A stretch of 47,992 nt of DNA, from NCBI GenBank assembly GCA_003166335.1, contig PMWA01000050.1, positions 751 through 48,742 on the forward strand, read 5' to 3'. Under the pieces are notes generated by a model. The model worked only from the letters and a program-made list of their open reading frames with translations, did no database searches and was not told the origin of the DNA. Source of the stretch: Methanobacterium sp. (lineage in GTDB: Archaea; Methanobacteriota; Methanobacteria; Methanobacteriales; Methanobacteriaceae). This document shows positions 35,002 through 47,665 of this stretch, piece after piece. Each line of letters begins with the position of its first letter. Within the stretch, counting starts at the first letter, position 1. The position numbers and the translations under genes are program-made.

Positions 35002-35299
35002 ACATTCAAATTAATTTTAATCACTTTAATAAATTTTTATTCTAATTTGTTGTTTTTTATTTATTATATTTAGTTCAGTCGTTTGAGTTTACATTTTATT
35101 CCATAAACATAATTTATGGCTTTAAACACCTATCACAAATATGAGTATTTACATACCTTAAAGTATCATGCAATTAAGTTAAAGTTAAAATATTGAATTA
35201 AAAAGTAAGTAATATAAAATTAATATAGAAATTCAATTGGAATTAAAAATTTTTAGTAATTTTTTAAAAAAAATAGATAAATTGAGATGGTGATTTTAT

Positions 35300-35788
35300 T
35301 TGAATAAGAAAATTGGAGATAATGTGCAGAAATGGCTTTCTGATGTTGGTGTTTTCCGCCAGAAAGTTCCAGATGATAACACAAACTTTCACTTCGTAAT
35401 TAATTATCCTGAAGATAATGTGATGGATGTTATGCAACCTAAACAAAATCCAGATGTAGTGGTAATTGGATGTGCCACTAACGTGAGTCCTGAACATATA
35501 ACTGAAATGAGAAATTTGTCCCCTAAAAAAAGAGATGATTTTATATGGGATTTAAGGTTTATGATTAATACTCAAGGAGTAGATTTCCAATTGCAACATC
35601 CTGAAAATATTTTAGAGAGTTTTTTAGTTACTGCTGAAATATTTGAAGATGGTCTTACTAAGGATAAACTAATTTCTACTGTAAAAACTGTTTTTAGATC
35701 TAAGATCATGTGTGTCTGGAAAATACAGAGAGAATTAGGATTTGAAGATAAAGGAAAAGGAAATACTTCAGATAGTATGTATGTATGA
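35300..35788 (+). CDS. DUF2299 family archaeal protein
   Basis: W L..G, FHF, IFEDGLTKD pattern; GGTGA RBS; sits beside the origin. Confidence 0.75.
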   Translation: MNKKIGDNVQKWLSDVGVFRQKVPDDNTNFHFVINYPEDNVMDVMQPKQNPDVVVIGCATNVSPEHITEMRNLSPKKRDDFIWDLRFMINTQGVDFQLQHPENILESFLVTAEIFEDGLTKDKLISTVKTVFRSKIMCVWKIQRELGFEDKGKGNTSDSMYV

Positions 35789-35869
35789 ATATTTCATAAT
35801 TATTTTTTTATTTATTTTTATAATATGATTTAATAAAATTTTTTGAAATTAATGATATACAAGCAGTGA

Positions 35870-36600
35870 GACGTACATTTCAAGTGTAAAATTTTAATCA
35901 TAATTAATAGATGTGATTGGTTAGTATAATTTCAATTGTAAATTTATAGTTTCGTGATAAAATTCACTAAATATAGACATGTATTGCAAGTGTAACTAAA
36001 ATGAGTATGATGAAAGTTAAAAAATCAACATTTATTTCAACTGTAAATTTTTTTATGAAATCTTAATTACAATTTTGAATATTTTTTTAAAAAAAAATAA
36101 AGATATCTAATTATATTTATATGATAACTCTAACATTTTAATTACTTATAAACTTTTCTAAATTATATCAAGTAAATTTAAATTTTATATGAAATTATTA
36201 CTTTTTTAAGTGAAAGTAGATTGAAAAACTATAAATTAAACATAACTATTAATTTAATTACACTTGCAATACACCTCTCTCTAAAATTAAAATTTTTTAA
36301 ATAATTTTTTCATATTCATTACAATTGAAAAGACACCTCTGTCACCATTAATTGATGAATAAAAAATTTTATCATTTGTTATTATATACTAATAACATAT
36401 TTTTTTAAAAAAATTTATTTGAAATTTTCATTTGAAGCAAACCTCAATCTCTATAATTGTAATACAATCAAATAAATTAAACATTTGTTTATTTGTTTAA
36501 TCATGATTTAAAGGTGATTTATATATAAAATTAATAATAATAATGGATTTTTTTCGCATTAATCATAAAACTAAAAACAGTATTTTACACTGAATATTAT
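35870..36600. other. Chromosomal replication origin oriC (ORB repeats plus AT-rich unwinding element)
   Basis: Minus-oriented 13-mers at 35877, 35929, 35983, 36034; plus-oriented copies at 36258, 36319; AT-rich 36047-36257 between; directly upstream of cdc6. Confidence 0.88.
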
Positions 36601-36635
36601 ATCGATAAATTAATGTAATTATAAAGGGTGATTTA

Positions 36636-37787
36636 ATGGAAAATATATTTGAAGAATTAGGTGGGAAAAACTCGGTTTTTAAAAGCAAAAAGTATTTAGA
36701 CCATAGATTTTTACCTGATAAGCTACCTCATCGGGGGGATCAGATTAAATCAGTAGCTAAATACTGGATTGAATCTTTAATTGGAGTTACACCTCCTGAT
36801 GTAACAATATACGGTAAAACTGGTACAGGTAAAACTGCCGTTGCTAAATTCGCCAGGAAACAGTTAGAACAGATCTCCAATGAGAAAAATGTCAATGTTA
36901 GAGTAGAATATATTCGTTGTACGGATTATACAACAGAATATCAAGTTATAGCCCGTTTATGTCAACAAATGGGCCAAGATGTCCCTTATCGAGGCTGGAC
37001 TAAAGCAGAAGTTATACATGCTTTTCGTGACATGTTTAAAAAGAATGTTTTTGGAAAAAATCTTATTTTGATAATAATACTAGATGAAATTGATATTCTT
37101 CTTAAAAATAATGGTGATGGACTTCTCTACACCTTAACTAGAACTGATAATGTTGCTATTGCATCTATAAGTAACTATGTAGATTTTAAACAATTTATCA
37201 AACCCCGAGTTAAAAGCAGTCTCCGAGACCGAGAAATCGTTTTCCCTCCTTATAATGCCCAACAACTAATGGATATACTTGATGAACGAGCAGAACTCGC
37301 TTTCAATAATGACGTCTTAAATAATGATGTTATACCACTTTGTGCAGCAATGGCTGCTAAAGAAGAAGGAGACGCTCGTTATGCATTGGACTTGTTACGT
37401 ACTTCAGGAGAATTAGCTGATGAAAATGGCTCTAATGTAATTTATGAAGATTATGTGAGGGAAGCTAAAGATTACATTGAACACAATAAGGTTACAGATA
37501 TCATCATGACACTGCCTAGTCAACAACAAAAAGTTTTAGAGTCTCTACTTTACCTTACCAAACGTAATGAAGAAATTACTTCTGGAAGACTATATGAGGT
37601 GTACAAAGAATTTTCTAAGGGTGATTCAGTTTCTTATCGAAGAATATTTGACTTTATAAATGAATTAGAACTTTTAGGGCTTATATCCACAAAAACAGTT
37701 TCTAGAGGAAGGGGAAAAGGACGAACCAATATCATTGATTTGCAATGTGATGTCCAATTATTAGAGGATGCTATGTGGAATAGTTGA
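36636..37787 (+). CDS. cdc6: Orc1/Cdc6 replication initiator
   Basis: [34 protein letters not shown]-terminal wHTH LELLGLI...SRGRG.GRT. Confidence 0.97.
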   Translation: MENIFEELGGKNSVFKSKKYLDHRFLPDKLPHRGDQIKSVAKYWIESLIGVTPPDVTIYGKTGTGKTAVAKFARKQLEQISNEKNVNVRVEYIRCTDYTTEYQVIARLCQQMGQDVPYRGWTKAEVIHAFRDMFKKNVFGKNLILIIILDEIDILLKNNGDGLLYTLTRTDNVAIASISNYVDFKQFIKPRVKSSLRDREIVFPPYNAQQLMDILDERAELAFNNDVLNNDVIPLCAAMAAKEEGDARYALDLLRTSGELADENGSNVIYEDYVREAKDYIEHNKVTDIIMTLPSQQQKVLESLLYLTKRNEEITSGRLYEVYKEFSKGDSVSYRRIFDFINELELLGLISTKTVSRGRGKGRTNIIDLQCDVQLLEDAMWNS

Positions 37788-37868
37788 AACAGATAAAAAA
37801 ATTACCTTTTTTATTACATTTAATTTTTAAAAAAAATATTATTAAAATTATTTAGAAGTATTAAATCT

Positions 37869-38783
37869 TTATTTTATAAGTTTTTTTAGAATTGCCATAC
37901 GTACAGGAACTCCATAAAAAGCCTGTTGAAAATATTTACCATATGGAGAATTATCTACATCATGGGATATTTCATCCACTCTTGGTAGAGGATGCATTAC
38001 TATAGCTTTACTACCTTGTAAAAGTTTAGAGTTTATAAGATAAGCTCCCTTAATTTTAGCATATTCAGCGGGGTCAGGAAATCTTTCTTTTTGAATACGA
38101 GTTACATAAAGCACATCCACATAATCTAAGACTTCATTAATATCTTCAGTTTCATTAACATAAATTCCCGAGTTACTCAAATCATGCAATACCTCTCGGG
38201 GCATGCGCAACTCCACAGGAGAAATAAAACTCATTTTCACTCCAAACATACCTAAAGCATAGGCTAATGAGTGAACAGTTCTACCATATTTAAGATCTCC
38301 AACTAGAGCCACATGGAGATCATCAATCTTACCTAAAATACGCTGCATGGTGTACAAATCTAGCAAAGTTTGAGTGGGATGTTGACCCGCTCCATCACCT
38401 GCATTTATTACAGGCACATCTACTTCATCTGCAACAAAACGAGCGGTTCCTTCCATATTATGCCTTATTACTAATGCATCAGTGTATTCTCCAACAATAC
38501 GGACAGTATCGGTAAGATTTTCACCCTTTGTAGCAGAGCTCACTCCTGCCTCTGCAAAACCAATAACTCCACCTCCAAGTCGCTGCATGGCAGCTTCAAA
38601 TGATAATCTTGTTCGAGTGGATGGTTCATAAAATAAATTACCTAAAAGTTTTCCTTCCAAAACTTGACATATTTCCATTGATCTGGCAATGGGCTCCATT
38701 TTCTCAGCTAATTTTAATATTTCCAGTATGTCTTTTTTACTGAAATCTCGTATGGATATGATATCTTTTTGAGTAAATGTCAT
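37869..38783 (-). CDS. pyrB: Aspartate carbamoyltransferase catalytic subunit
   Basis: [44 protein letters not shown]. Confidence 0.97.
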   Translation of the reverse strand: MTFTQKDIISIRDFSKKDILEILKLAEKMEPIARSMEICQVLEGKLLGNLFYEPSTRTRLSFEAAMQRLGGGVIGFAEAGVSSATKGENLTDTVRIVGEYTDALVIRHNMEGTARFVADEVDVPVINAGDGAGQHPTQTLLDLYTMQRILGKIDDLHVALVGDLKYGRTVHSLAYALGMFGVKMSFISPVELRMPREVLHDLSNSGIYVNETEDINEVLDYVDVLYVTRIQKERFPDPAEYAKIKGAYLINSKLLQGSKAIVMHPLPRVDEISHDVDNSPYGKYFQQAFYGVPVRMAILKKLIK

Positions 38784-38914
38784 AAGTTTACACCCATAAT
38801 TGGATTATTTCTATATTTTAAATATTTATTAGGAGACTTGTGATTAAATCTTTGTTATGAATTATGACTTTCATTCAAGTTAAAATAATTAATATATTTT
38901 AATAACTAATTTTT

Positions 38915-39643
38915 TTATAGAAAACGAGCAAAAGTAAGATAACCGGTATGACCCACCATTCTAGTTTTAGGCCGTGTTCCTTTAGCTTTAACTTCAATCT
39001 CTCTTAAAATGCATTCAACACTTTTTAAATTAGAGAATCCAAATTTTTTAAGTACTTTGTGAAGAGTAAACACTTGTTCAATATAAGGATTATATGCTGC
39101 TAAATATCCGGCAATTTTGAGAGATTTTGCAGCACTTTCCACCACATCCCATGGTTTAGGAAGATCTAAAAAAATCAGATCTACCTCAGATTCATCAATT
39201 CCATCGTTTATATCCTTACATTTTACTTCCACATTTTCTTGGCCAAATTCCGATATATTTTTTCTCGCGATCTCTGCGAAATCTTCTCGCAGTTCGTAGG
39301 AATAAACACCACCAGTGGAGCCCACAATATTAGCGAAATATAGTGCCGTAGCTCCAGATCCTGTACCAGCCTCTACTACTCTCTGCCCGCAGCCCAGACT
39401 AGTGTTTGCAACTATGATTCCAATATCTTTTGGTAGAATGATGGAACATTTTCTCTCCATAAGTTCTATATAGTCGTTAAGATTGGGTTTTATGACTGTG
39501 AATTCATAGCCCATATGAGTTTTAATTATCTGACCATTACTACTAGTTTGTATATCCTCTTTTTTTATATACCCCAAATTAGTATGTAAATCCTCTTCAC
39601 GAGTCAAATATTTTTTTCCTTTTTTATCAATTAGAATTCGCAT
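38915..39643 (-). CDS. trmI: tRNA (adenine-57/58-N1)-methyltransferase
   Basis: [31 protein letters not shown]. Confidence 0.93.
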   Translation of the reverse strand: MRILIDKKGKKYLTREEDLHTNLGYIKKEDIQTSSNGQIIKTHMGYEFTVIKPNLNDYIELMERKCSIILPKDIGIIVANTSLGCGQRVVEAGTGSGATALYFANIVGSTGGVYSYELREDFAEIARKNISEFGQENVEVKCKDINDGIDESEVDLIFLDLPKPWDVVESAAKSLKIAGYLAAYNPYIEQVFTLHKVLKKFGFSNLKSVECILREIEVKAKGTRPKTRMVGHTGYLTFARFL

Positions 39644-39668
39644 TTTTAATTACATCCTTTGAGTTTTT

Positions 39669-41942
39669 TTAGGATTTTTCATCTTCATATATAAAATTTA
39701 ATTCGAGTTTTGGGGTTGTTTTTAAATTTTTAAAACTTGTATCAACTACTTCCTTAATTTTATCCGCTATTTTATCTCCTATACCATCAATTTTTTTTAA
39801 ATCGTTTTTAGATGCATTAATTACATTTTTAACTGTTGCAAATTCCTCTAAAAGTTTACGAGCAGTGACTGGCCCTACATTAGGTAAGGATTCTACGATG
39901 TATAGTTGTTGTTCCCATTGACTAAGGGGCTTTTTCTCGGCACGTAACTGTATTTCCCTAGAATTATCTTCTTGTTCCCGTAAGGCCAAACGATAGAGCA
40001 TGGCGCCAGTATCTTCTGGAGAGCGCGTGGGAATTATGGGAATACCAAAATCTACGGCTAAGCTGGCTAAGGCTCCTCGAATAGCATTTGGATGCAGGCC
40101 GCAAGCATAGAGGTTTTCTCCTTCCAGGATGATCACAGGATTTTGAAAGTTCTCCACAAGTTCCTTAGCTTGTTTATACAATCTTTTATCTATCACAGAC
40201 TTTACAAAGTCCTGAGTACTTTTTCGCTCCACCGCCACTTCTTGACTTACTTGATAATCTGCTACAGAAAGGGTGGTAGTTTTAATTTCCACTTTAAGGT
40301 TGCTTAACTCTCTAGTGACTCCTGATTTTGCTTCCCGGTGATCTACGTATATCAGAGGTTTTAGTACTTGTTTTTTTGATTCTTCAGGTAGCTTCATCTG
40401 ATTATGGTCTATGTTACTTAAAATTTCTCCTTGCGGACTTCGTTTAGAGAGCTGATTTTTCATTTTCATTACTTTGTGGATACTTGAGTAATAATAAGAT
40501 TCGTCTCGAGTCCCTTTAGTTATTAAAACAATCATTTTACCTTTGTTTTTTCTACCAGTACGTCCTCGTCGCTGAATCATTCTAATCTCCGAGGGCACGG
40601 GTTCGTATAAAATAACTAAGTCCACTGAGGGAATGTCTATACCCTCTTCAGCTACGCTGGTTGAAATCAGCACTTGATACTGGCCCATGCGGAAGGCCTT
40701 GATAATATCTTTCTGTTCTTTTTGGGTGAGTCCTTTTTCTCTATCCCTGGATGCTTGTCCAAAGAATTTTACTGCAGATATTTTATTCTCCTTACAAATA
40801 TTATAGATCTCGTTAACAGTGTCCCGATACTGACTGAATACAATAACCTGACGGTCTCCTTTCAAATTTTTTTTCAGGATCTTTAAAAGTTTGTCCATTT
40901 TTGGGTGCTTCAAATCCTTTTTATAGGCTTCTTCGGTGAGATGAATAGCCATTTTAAAATCTTCATTCTCAACTAATCCTTGAACTGCTTTAGTCTTTTT
41001 TTGTTGAAGTTTTTGGAAATAATTATAAAGGTTTTTGATTCCTTGTGTTTCCAATAACTCTAAAGAATGCTGTAAACTGAAAACTGCACTTAAAACGGAA
41101 ATAGCAACAAGACAATCTTGAGGAGGTTTATTGCTTTGTGAAATACGGTTTTGCACAAGACTGCGGGCTTTTAAGATATCTTTCTTAGAAACTTGGCTGA
41201 TAGAACTGATGATTCTCAAACTTTTTAGTCCCTTAAGCCTAATTTTTAACACAGCTTCAAGGTTACTTTTTATCGCATTCTGTTCTTTTTTAAGATCTAC
41301 CTGCATCCATTCTACTTCTATTGGTTTGAAGTAAGGTTTAACGTCTATATCATCCTCAGTCTTAACCATAACTTGTTTGATAAAAAGATTTTCACATACT
41401 GTATTAATTTTATCCTCATCACTACCTGGAGAAGCTGTTAAACCTAATATTATAGGATTTTTAGCCTCAGCAGCGTATCGTGATGCTAGAAATACATAGG
41501 CATAATTGCCCATTCCCCTATGGCACTCGTCAAATACTAAAAGAGAAACATTTTTCAAGTTATATCGACCGGCTATTAAATCGGATTCAATAGTTTGAGG
41601 AGTGGCTGAGATAATTTGAGCATTTTCCCATAATTCACTTCTTTTTTTTGGATTTATAGACCCAGTAAGCACCGATACAGGTGCTTTAAGAAACTCACGT
41701 AACCTCTCCTCATGCTGAACGGCCAGTGGCTTGCTAGGCGCTAAAATAAGTACTTTAGAGGAAGGTATATTTTTTATTCGCTCCGCAGCCACCAAAGCAG
41801 CTATAATGGTTTTTCCCAAGGCGGTGGGTGCCACGATCATGGTGTTACCCTTTTTAAGAACTTCCGCTGCCAGCACTTGCTGATAAAGGCGGGATTCAAT
41901 TTTTTGGGATTTAATCAGGGGATGTTGTATCCACTTTTCCAT
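39669..41942 (-). CDS. hef: Hef helicase/nuclease (FANCM-like helicase + ERCC4 nuclease + HhH)
   Basis: [45 protein letters not shown] and IDGIG HhH. Confidence 0.95.
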   Translation of the reverse strand: MEKWIQHPLIKSQKIESRLYQQVLAAEVLKKGNTMIVAPTALGKTIIAALVAAERIKNIPSSKVLILAPSKPLAVQHEERLREFLKAPVSVLTGSINPKKRSELWENAQIISATPQTIESDLIAGRYNLKNVSLLVFDECHRGMGNYAYVFLASRYAAEAKNPIILGLTASPGSDEDKINTVCENLFIKQVMVKTEDDIDVKPYFKPIEVEWMQVDLKKEQNAIKSNLEAVLKIRLKGLKSLRIISSISQVSKKDILKARSLVQNRISQSNKPPQDCLVAISVLSAVFSLQHSLELLETQGIKNLYNYFQKLQQKKTKAVQGLVENEDFKMAIHLTEEAYKKDLKHPKMDKLLKILKKNLKGDRQVIVFSQYRDTVNEIYNICKENKISAVKFFGQASRDREKGLTQKEQKDIIKAFRMGQYQVLISTSVAEEGIDIPSVDLVILYEPVPSEIRMIQRRGRTGRKNKGKMIVLITKGTRDESYYYSSIHKVMKMKNQLSKRSPQGEILSNIDHNQMKLPEESKKQVLKPLIYVDHREAKSGVTRELSNLKVEIKTTTLSVADYQVSQEVAVERKSTQDFVKSVIDKRLYKQAKELVENFQNPVIILEGENLYACGLHPNAIRGALASLAVDFGIPIIPTRSPEDTGAMLYRLALREQEDNSREIQLRAEKKPLSQWEQQLYIVESLPNVGPVTARKLLEEFATVKNVINASKNDLKKIDGIGDKIADKIKEVVDTSFKNLKTTPKLELNFIYEDEKS

Positions 41943-42256
41943 AGAATTTATATTTAAAATATATCATATAAAAGTGGCGACAGAATAAATTGGGCTTTTG
42001 AATATAGGTAGCGATATATAAAGGCTTACAGTAATATTAGTCCTGAAAATCTATCTCCATAGTCTAAACCTTGACCTAACTCTAATAGGAAAAACGGATA
42101 TTTACATTTTTGACAGATATTAGAATACTTACCAGTTTAATTGGACATGCGTGACATGGTTAATTATAAAACTTAATATTAATATTGGGTAATATATTAT
42201 TAAAAATTATGAGAAATTACTCAACAGATTAAAACTAATATTTAATGAGTTGAATC

Positions 42257-43450
42257 TCATTTGATTTGAATTAATTTTTCAAAATCATCAAAAATTACAT
42301 CTAGTCCGCACATGGTAGGTATATAGTTAGCTGCCTTAGCTGAATCCACTCCAATTACTTCAAATCCTAATTCTTCTATGGGTGCCACTACCATACAAGT
42401 ATCGCAGACTATTTTACCTCCAGCATCTTCTATGATCTTGGTGTAACCCATACGATCAGCAATTGCATTGACTGATATAGATGTGCAGACCCAGAGCTGG
42501 TTTTTAAGCTTTTTTCCAACAAGCTTATTAGAAATAGTTTTGATCTCATCTAAAGATACGTGAGGACAACCCAAACAGATTAAATCTGGTTTTCTATCAG
42601 ATGTAGATAGTTCATGTCGTGTTTCGTCAATATACTTTCTATTAACAGCTATTTTCTCAATTTCTTCCAAATTTACATCTTTTATAGCATCTTTGTATTC
42701 CGGGGTGGCTTGCTCTACATGATAGAGTGCTACAGCACCGGAAGATGCTAGAGCAGCCCCTAAATATTTTAAATCATTTATTGATGGAGTACAAGTTAGC
42801 AACTTGAAATAAGGCACGCCATCACCAACGGTCTTTCCAATAAGATAGCCCAGAGCCCCATAGTCAGCGCCTTTTAAATTAGCTTCCACTTCAACTATAA
42901 AGTTCGCTTTTCTATGCTCATCCAGATGATAACCATATTCTGCAGTTTTTCCACATATTGCAGCTGAAAGAGCTCCTGGCCCACCTTCTCTATTTGACTT
43001 AGCCCCTAAAACTGAATTTGCATAGCAAACAGCAGAAGATTCTGACCAAGCAATATGATCTCCCAATCTAGGTACATTACCAACAAGATACGGGGTACAG
43101 GTACAGGTGGTGGTAACTCCCATTTTCTGATATGCTTTCACAATCCTTAACTGTTTTTTAGTGAACTCCTCTGAGAATCCTAACTCCTTCCAAAATTCTA
43201 GGTCCACTCCAGCGGGATTTAAGGTGGATGGAACTCTCACATGTGCATCTTGGCCCAGTGCCTCCAGAAATTCCAGACCAGCATCTCCAATGGTCTTGTA
43301 AGAAACTCCAGATATTTGGGCTGAAGTGATGTCCACAAGTTTTTCTGCCTCATAGATATCGCCTAAGGCCACCAGAATCTCCATAGACTTCTGAACTGCG
43401 GGGCCTTCTGCTCCCTCGTACATTTCTTCTTCTTCTCTTGTAAGATACAT
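42257..43450 (-). CDS. Aconitase X catalytic subunit (likely phosphomevalonate dehydratase large subunit)
   Basis: [48 protein letters not shown]. Confidence 0.88.
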   Translation of the reverse strand: MYLTREEEEMYEGAEGPAVQKSMEILVALGDIYEAEKLVDITSAQISGVSYKTIGDAGLEFLEALGQDAHVRVPSTLNPAGVDLEFWKELGFSEEFTKKQLRIVKAYQKMGVTTTCTCTPYLVGNVPRLGDHIAWSESSAVCYANSVLGAKSNREGGPGALSAAICGKTAEYGYHLDEHRKANFIVEVEANLKGADYGALGYLIGKTVGDGVPYFKLLTCTPSINDLKYLGAALASSGAVALYHVEQATPEYKDAIKDVNLEEIEKIAVNRKYIDETRHELSTSDRKPDLICLGCPHVSLDEIKTISNKLVGKKLKNQLWVCTSISVNAIADRMGYTKIIEDAGGKIVCDTCMVVAPIEELGFEVIGVDSAKAANYIPTMCGLDVIFDDFEKLIQIK

Positions 43451-43479
43451 GAAATATTCTCTCACATAATTTGCATGGA

Positions 43480-44814
43480 TTATAGATTGATCTGCTCTTT
43501 GACTATTTCATCGACTAGATTTAAAAAATTATCCAAGTTATTGTGAGGTATTACAGCACCAGCAGCGATAGTATGCCCACCCCCAGATCCATTAAAACTT
43601 TTTGAAGCTTGTTCAAATGCATCACCCAGATTAACACCCTTTTGAATCATTTTAAGAGTGGTTCGCCCTGATATTTTAATTAGAGGATCCATTTTAGATA
43701 AGGCTAGAACAGGCTTTTCAGGATTTAGAAGTCCAATATCTATACCTATGCTAGATAAGGTGCCCATAAAACTCTTAAGATTTTTATCTTCAGTGTATAT
43801 ATACTGTATATAATCCATTTCAATGGATCCTTCTTTTTTTATCCATTCTAACCCTTTTAAAATACCATCCTGATATTTTTTAAATAGTTCCAAACCTTCT
43901 TTTAAAGCTTGCTCACGTTCTCCCAGACAGATACTCAAACCTATACCCTGTTTTTTATTCTTTCCGCAGGCATCAATTATCTGGGAGTAACTTTCAATGT
44001 TTTTAAGTTCGGGAATCTCACCTGAAATTCGATAGATATTACCAAAAATAGAGGAATTTATTTTTATAACTTCCTCTTTAAGCACGTCTTTTTCTTCATT
44101 GTTCAAATCTGTGAATTTTATTCCATATGATAAGCCTATCTTTTCCAAGAAGGCTTTGGAACCCTCAAAATCTCCAGAAATTCCAGTAAGTGAAGTTGTA
44201 AAAGTATAAGCAAGAGCCTTGTAAAGAGGTTCTTGAGTTAAAGAAGGTATCTTAAGTCCCTTACTAACTTCTAATACACCCTTATCCAATCCTTCTTGAA
44301 GTATGGTTTGATTAACACCAGTTATATTTCCGTTACCCTGCATATCACCGAAAGCACCTACTAAAGCCAGTCCTGATAATTCATAATGTTTCAATGAGCG
44401 GACGGCTAGGTAAGATACACCTGAACCACTTACATCTCTAGTGCCGTCCAATCCAAACAGGTGAGGGTTAATGTGTAATAGATTCTCCTGTTCATCCGTG
44501 CAATCTATAGACTGATGATGATCGGCTATTATGGCATCGCCTTTTAATTTAGCTATTCTCTCCGTCCAAGCACTTCCCATATCGCAGAAAAAGAAGAGTT
44601 TGTATTTTTCTCGAGAAATTTTATCTAAAACTTCTGCATTTAGTCGGGATACTATGGTAACATGAAATTTACCATTTTCTTTAGAGATGGCATTACATAC
44701 TACACCTGCAGCGGAGATTCCATCAGCATCGTTGTGAGAGATTACTCTCACAACATTATCCTGATGTAAATGTTTCTTTAACAGATTACAGGCTTCTTCA
44801 GCCTTATTTAACAA
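43480..44814 (-). CDS. DHH/RecJ-family phosphoesterase (RecJ/Cdc45-like)
   Basis: SHNDADG, DMGS, ADHH, GAFGD, GGGH..AAG; start placed at TTG 44814 overlapping the end of rps15. Confidence 0.9.
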   Translation of the reverse strand: MLNKAEEACNLLKKHLHQDNVVRVISHNDADGISAAGVVCNAISKENGKFHVTIVSRLNAEVLDKISREKYKLFFFCDMGSAWTERIAKLKGDAIIADHHQSIDCTDEQENLLHINPHLFGLDGTRDVSGSGVSYLAVRSLKHYELSGLALVGAFGDMQGNGNITGVNQTILQEGLDKGVLEVSKGLKIPSLTQEPLYKALAYTFTTSLTGISGDFEGSKAFLEKIGLSYGIKFTDLNNEEKDVLKEEVIKINSSIFGNIYRISGEIPELKNIESYSQIIDACGKNKKQGIGLSICLGEREQALKEGLELFKKYQDGILKGLEWIKKEGSIEMDYIQYIYTEDKNLKSFMGTLSSIGIDIGLLNPEKPVLALSKMDPLIKISGRTTLKMIQKGVNLGDAFEQASKSFNGSGGGHTIAAGAVIPHNNLDNFLNLVDEIVKEQINL

Positions 44815-45205
44815 GTAATGCTGCTTGTTTTGGTTCATATCTCCATCCTTCAGGAAGCACACCTTCATTTCTGTAATATCTTACAAGTCTTCTTATCTGG
44901 GATTCCACAATGCGAAGTCCCCTTCTGGTGTGCAAGTCCTTGGGATTCTCTTTAAGATGATCCCTGATGTTTACAGCTTTTCGTATGAGATTCATAAGAT
45001 CTTCAGGATATTCCGGACCTTGTCCGTGTTTTTCCAGGATCTTTGTTATTTTCATACCAGTAACTAATTTCACATCGGGAATTCCATATTGATCTCTCAA
45101 AATTATACCCATCATGCTAGTGGAGTTACCTTCTTTTTTAAGTTTCATTATAAGCTCTTCAATTTCTTCTGTAGAGTATTCAATCCATTCTGGCTTTACT
45201 GCCAT
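44804..45205 (-). CDS. rps15: 30S ribosomal protein S15
   Basis: [38 protein letters not shown]. Confidence 0.97.
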   Translation of the reverse strand: MAVKPEWIEYSTEEIEELIMKLKKEGNSTSMMGIILRDQYGIPDVKLVTGMKITKILEKHGQGPEYPEDLMNLIRKAVNIRDHLKENPKDLHTRRGLRIVESQIRRLVRYYRNEGVLPEGWRYEPKQAALLVK

Positions 45206-45209
45206 TTAA

Positions 45210-45779
45210 TCACCTCATATTATCTTTAAACCAATCATGATACCATAAAGCAAACTTCTCAAGCGACATTCTACGATGAGAAAACTTGTTTTTTTCATCT
45301 CGTTTGAGTTCTCCAAAGGTTTTATCATATCCTTCGGGATAAAATAGTGGGTCGTAGGCAAAACCATATTCCCCTTTTTCTTCGTAGCTTATATGTCCTT
45401 TAACAGTGCCTAAAAAAATCTTGGGCTCGGTTTTGGGAGTGCAAAATCCAATTACCGACCTGAATTCGGCGTATCTGTCATTGACATCGCTCATTAGTTT
45501 CAATATACCCTGATTCCCCAGAGTTTCCTGAATATAGGATGAATAAGATCCTGGGAACCATTTAAGGGTCTTTATGAATAATCCAGCGTCTTCTACTATA
45601 ATAGGTGTTTCAAGACGCCTTGCAGCATGTTGTGCACCGTATCGGGCCACATCCCTTAGATCTCCCTGTATTTCGGGGTAGCCTAGATCAACATGCTCCA
45701 CTGTTATGCCAAATTTATGGAAGATTCCCGTGGCTTCTTTAACTTTGTGTTGATTACTAGTTATAAATGTTATCTTCAA
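45210..45779 (-). CDS. rdgB: XTP/dITP diphosphatase (Ham1/RdgB family)
   Basis: TSN.HK..E, EIQG, EDAGL, FPG.YS, GFAYDP.F, KN..SHR. Confidence 0.93.
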   Translation of the reverse strand: MKITFITSNQHKVKEATGIFHKFGITVEHVDLGYPEIQGDLRDVARYGAQHAARRLETPIIVEDAGLFIKTLKWFPGSYSSYIQETLGNQGILKLMSDVNDRYAEFRSVIGFCTPKTEPKIFLGTVKGHISYEEKGEYGFAYDPLFYPEGYDKTFGELKRDEKNKFSHRRMSLEKFALWYHDWFKDNMR

Positions 45780-45859
45780 TGATCACACCAGTACATTTTA
45801 ACTTTTATAGAATTAATTTAAGGATTAAAATCTTCTTTGAACAATTTATTATAATATAT

Positions 45860-47500
45860 TTAAAATGAATTATTCATAATATAACGTCCACGTTCTTCAA
45901 TATTCTTCAACTTAGCTAATATTTTATCATAATCATTAGCATTAATATACCCTTTTAGAATAGATTGGAAACATTCTCTAGCAACATTATAATGAATTCC
46001 ATAAAGAGCTTTTTTAAATACTAATAGATCCACTCCTTTATCCTCTATTAAATCAGAAATCTTACCTAAACCGAAATCTATAAAAACAATATCATCTCCA
46101 AGGAGTATCATATTACTGGTTGTGAGGTCTCCATGAATTATTCCACAGTTATGGAGTTTCGCAATGTTATCTCCAATTTTTTCACAGAATAATTTTATTT
46201 CATTAACTTCTGCTTCATCAAAGACATCCTTTAAAATAATTCCATCAATATTCTCAATAACTATTGATTTTCCTTTTTTATCAATATCATATACTAGTGG
46301 AGTTAATACTCCGCAACGTTTTGCATCATTCAGGAGTTTAACTTCACTTTTTGTTCTTTTTTTCCTTAAATAATAATCTATTTCTTTTATTCGATAATTT
46401 TTTTGAATCCTTTCCTTCCGTAAAACATCATGACTCAACCATTCCTCTTTATAAATGTTAGCCTCAGCACCCTTATTTAACAATTCTAGTGGAAGTTTTA
46501 AAAATTGTGTTGATGTTTTCATCCAAGGTACATTCACCTGATCGGTGCGATAACGTTGAATAACCATAGTATCCTCTATCTTCTGCAGTAATCCATAATG
46601 GAACATTAACTGACCCATCCATGCGATCATAGCCCCATTATCTCCGCAATATTTAATAGGCGGTTGATAAAATTCTGCATAGTGCTCCTCTGCCATTACA
46701 GATACCATTTCTCTAAGCCGGCGGTTAGCAGCAACACCACCACAAAGCATAATTTCCCGCTTTTGGGCGTGAGCTAAAGCCCTTTCTGTAACCTCCACTA
46801 CCATTGAAAAAGCAGTCTCCTGGAGACTATAGCAGACATCCTCTAAACTTTCCCCACCCTCATATTTTCTCAATGCAGCCGTTAAAAGACCTGAAAAGGA
46901 TAAATCCATTCCTTTCACTGTGTAAGGGATTTTAATGTAGTTATTTGAATTATGAGCTAATTCTTCTATTAAAGGTCCTCCGGGATGTCCGAGATGCACT
47001 GATCTGGCGAACTGATCTAAACAGTTACCTAAAGCAATGTCAAGGGTTTCCCCAAAAACACGGTATCTTCCCCCATCAAAGGCGATTATTTGACTGTTTC
47101 CACCGCTTACATAAAGAGTCACGGGATCTTGAGCGCCTGTGGTGAGGCGGCCAATTTCCACATGACCTATACAATGATTAACCCCTACAATTGGAATTTT
47201 CAAAGACAGAGAAAGAGAACGAGCAGCAGTTGCCACTGTACGCAGAGCTGGTCCCAATCCAGGGCCTTGAGAAAATGCCACCAAATCTATATCCTCCAAT
47301 TGAAGATTAGATTCAAGGAGAGCATCTTTAATAAGTGGGACAATGGCATCAGCATGGTGTTCAGCTGCTTCCCGGGGGTGTATTCCGCCACTGACAGGTA
47401 TGAGTGAATTTCCTAGCGACGTTAGGATTTCGCCTGATGAATCAACTATTCCAACTCCGGTTTTCTCAGCAGTGCCTTCAATTCCAATACAGATCATCAA
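45860..47500 (-). CDS. kae1: Bifunctional t6A synthase Kae1 / Bud32 kinase fusion (KEOPS)
   Basis: GIEGTA, GGIHP, HCIGH, VSGG, DNGAMI; kinase part GAEA, HGDLTTSN, IDFGL. Confidence 0.96.
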   Translation of the reverse strand: MMICIGIEGTAEKTGVGIVDSSGEILTSLGNSLIPVSGGIHPREAAEHHADAIVPLIKDALLESNLQLEDIDLVAFSQGPGLGPALRTVATAARSLSLSLKIPIVGVNHCIGHVEIGRLTTGAQDPVTLYVSGGNSQIIAFDGGRYRVFGETLDIALGNCLDQFARSVHLGHPGGPLIEELAHNSNNYIKIPYTVKGMDLSFSGLLTAALRKYEGGESLEDVCYSLQETAFSMVVEVTERALAHAQKREIMLCGGVAANRRLREMVSVMAEEHYAEFYQPPIKYCGDNGAMIAWMGQLMFHYGLLQKIEDTMVIQRYRTDQVNVPWMKTSTQFLKLPLELLNKGAEANIYKEEWLSHDVLRKERIQKNYRIKEIDYYLRKKRTKSEVKLLNDAKRCGVLTPLVYDIDKKGKSIVIENIDGIILKDVFDEAEVNEIKLFCEKIGDNIAKLHNCGIIHGDLTTSNMILLGDDIVFIDFGLGKISDLIEDKGVDLLVFKKALYGIHYNVARECFQSILKGYINANDYDKILAKLKNIEERGRYIMNNSF

Positions 47501-47665
47501 AAATCACCCAAATTGTTATTTTCAAAAATTTTTTTATAATCTTGAGACTTAAATAAATGGAATAAATTTTATATTACGGTGAACTTATAGCAAATTTATA
47601 TCTTAGAATATTTGTTTATCTTATTACCATAAAATCTGAATAATTTTTATTTGGTGTTAATAGTT

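Noticed and set aside
35877..36046. Regularly spaced repeats that could be read as a mini CRISPR array
   Set aside because: Repeats are only 13 bp, degenerate, occur in both orientations, match ORB elements next to cdc6, and no cas genes are present
44815..44868. N-terminal extension of the DHH protein overlapping rps15 by 65 bp
   Set aside because: More likely start is TTG at 44814, coupled to the rps15 stop
45860..47500. Kae1-Bud32 fusion as a novelty
   Set aside because: Well-known arrangement in many methanogens and other euryarchaea
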